From Stylophora pistillata (taxonomy: Eukaryota), in the NCBI RefSeq assembly GCF_002571385.2, contig NW_019217785.1, positions 1,724,163 through 1,788,162 on the forward strand: DNA of 64,000 bases, in the 5' to 3' direction. The notes under the pieces were generated by a model. The model did no database searches, was not told where the DNA came from, and was given only the letters and a program-made list of their open reading frames with translations. The position numbers were made by a program, and so were the translations under genes. Positions 63,390 through 64,000 of the stretch are shown here, piece by piece (the first letter of the stretch is position 1; each line of letters opens with the position of its first letter).

Positions 63390-64000
63390 ATAATCAGGAT
63401 TAGAAGAATATATAGGGGGTGCGAATTCTTGAATTCATCACTTTTTATCACAATGCATTGCATTTAACCAGAGTGTACTGTGCTATGCTTGTTGTGTTTA
63501 TTGTATTGCATTGTATGGTGTTTCTACTCTAAGGACATTTCCCATAATTATATACTCAATTGTGTTGTAAATTCTACTCAGTCTTAAGTAAAGACAAATC
63601 AACTAATTGCAAGTGTTGTACTATGGTAAATCTACCATCTTGATCACTGAATGAAGGACAGTTGAATTAGAGCAAAGAAAGGAATCACTTGATCAATGAA
63701 TAACTGTGCCTTATGTAAGTAGACAGGCTGGTAAGCTGGCAGAAGAAGTGTTGATAATCCTGTGCAACTCCTGCCATTTGCTAATGCTTTTTTAAAAGAT
63801 TTAAAAATCTTCTATCTTCAAAGTCAAGTTCTTATTGGGACACCTCTAAATGACTCTCCTTTGCAATGTGATAGTAAGGGTTAGTTTTACTACTGAAACA
63901 GGTAGACTGTTTTTTTTTTTTTCGGAGATGCATGAAACAGTTGCTGCTGGGGAGAAACATATTTGAATCAAGCTCATGTGATCTATCCCAGACACCTCAA

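Overview
This is eukaryotic, intron-rich animal genomic DNA. The repeat families and gene architecture suggest a cnidarian, probably a stony coral (inference). Three spliced protein-coding genes can be rebuilt by hand from splice sites and reading frame. (1) Spatacsin/SPG11 on the + strand has about 45 exons from 3092 to the stop at 42122, and its N-terminus is probably upstream of the window. (2) A complete 6-exon Mis18 centromere-licensing gene lies on the - strand (53551 to 43002, 210 aa). (3) The first four coding exons of importin-11 (IPO11) lie on the + strand from 53673, head-to-head with Mis18. The introns hold a decayed CR1/L2-type LINE, several Penelope-like element (PLE) remnants with inverted pseudo-LTRs, an IS3EU-like TIR element, V- and Deu/Nin-type SINEs, MITEs and minisatellites. 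Highlights: (a) about six sequence-distinct families of hammerhead ribozyme motifs, several intact; (b) a tRNA-cored element that is circularly permuted, inserts as an inverted repeat with TSDs like a PLE/retrozyme, and has no ribozyme; (c) a probable antisense 5' overlap between IPO11 and Mis18; (d) a visible CpG-depletion footprint confined to the 5' parts of the genes. Most entries in the supplied ORF track are exon fragments or spurious. Coordinates were counted by hand and may be off by a few bases.
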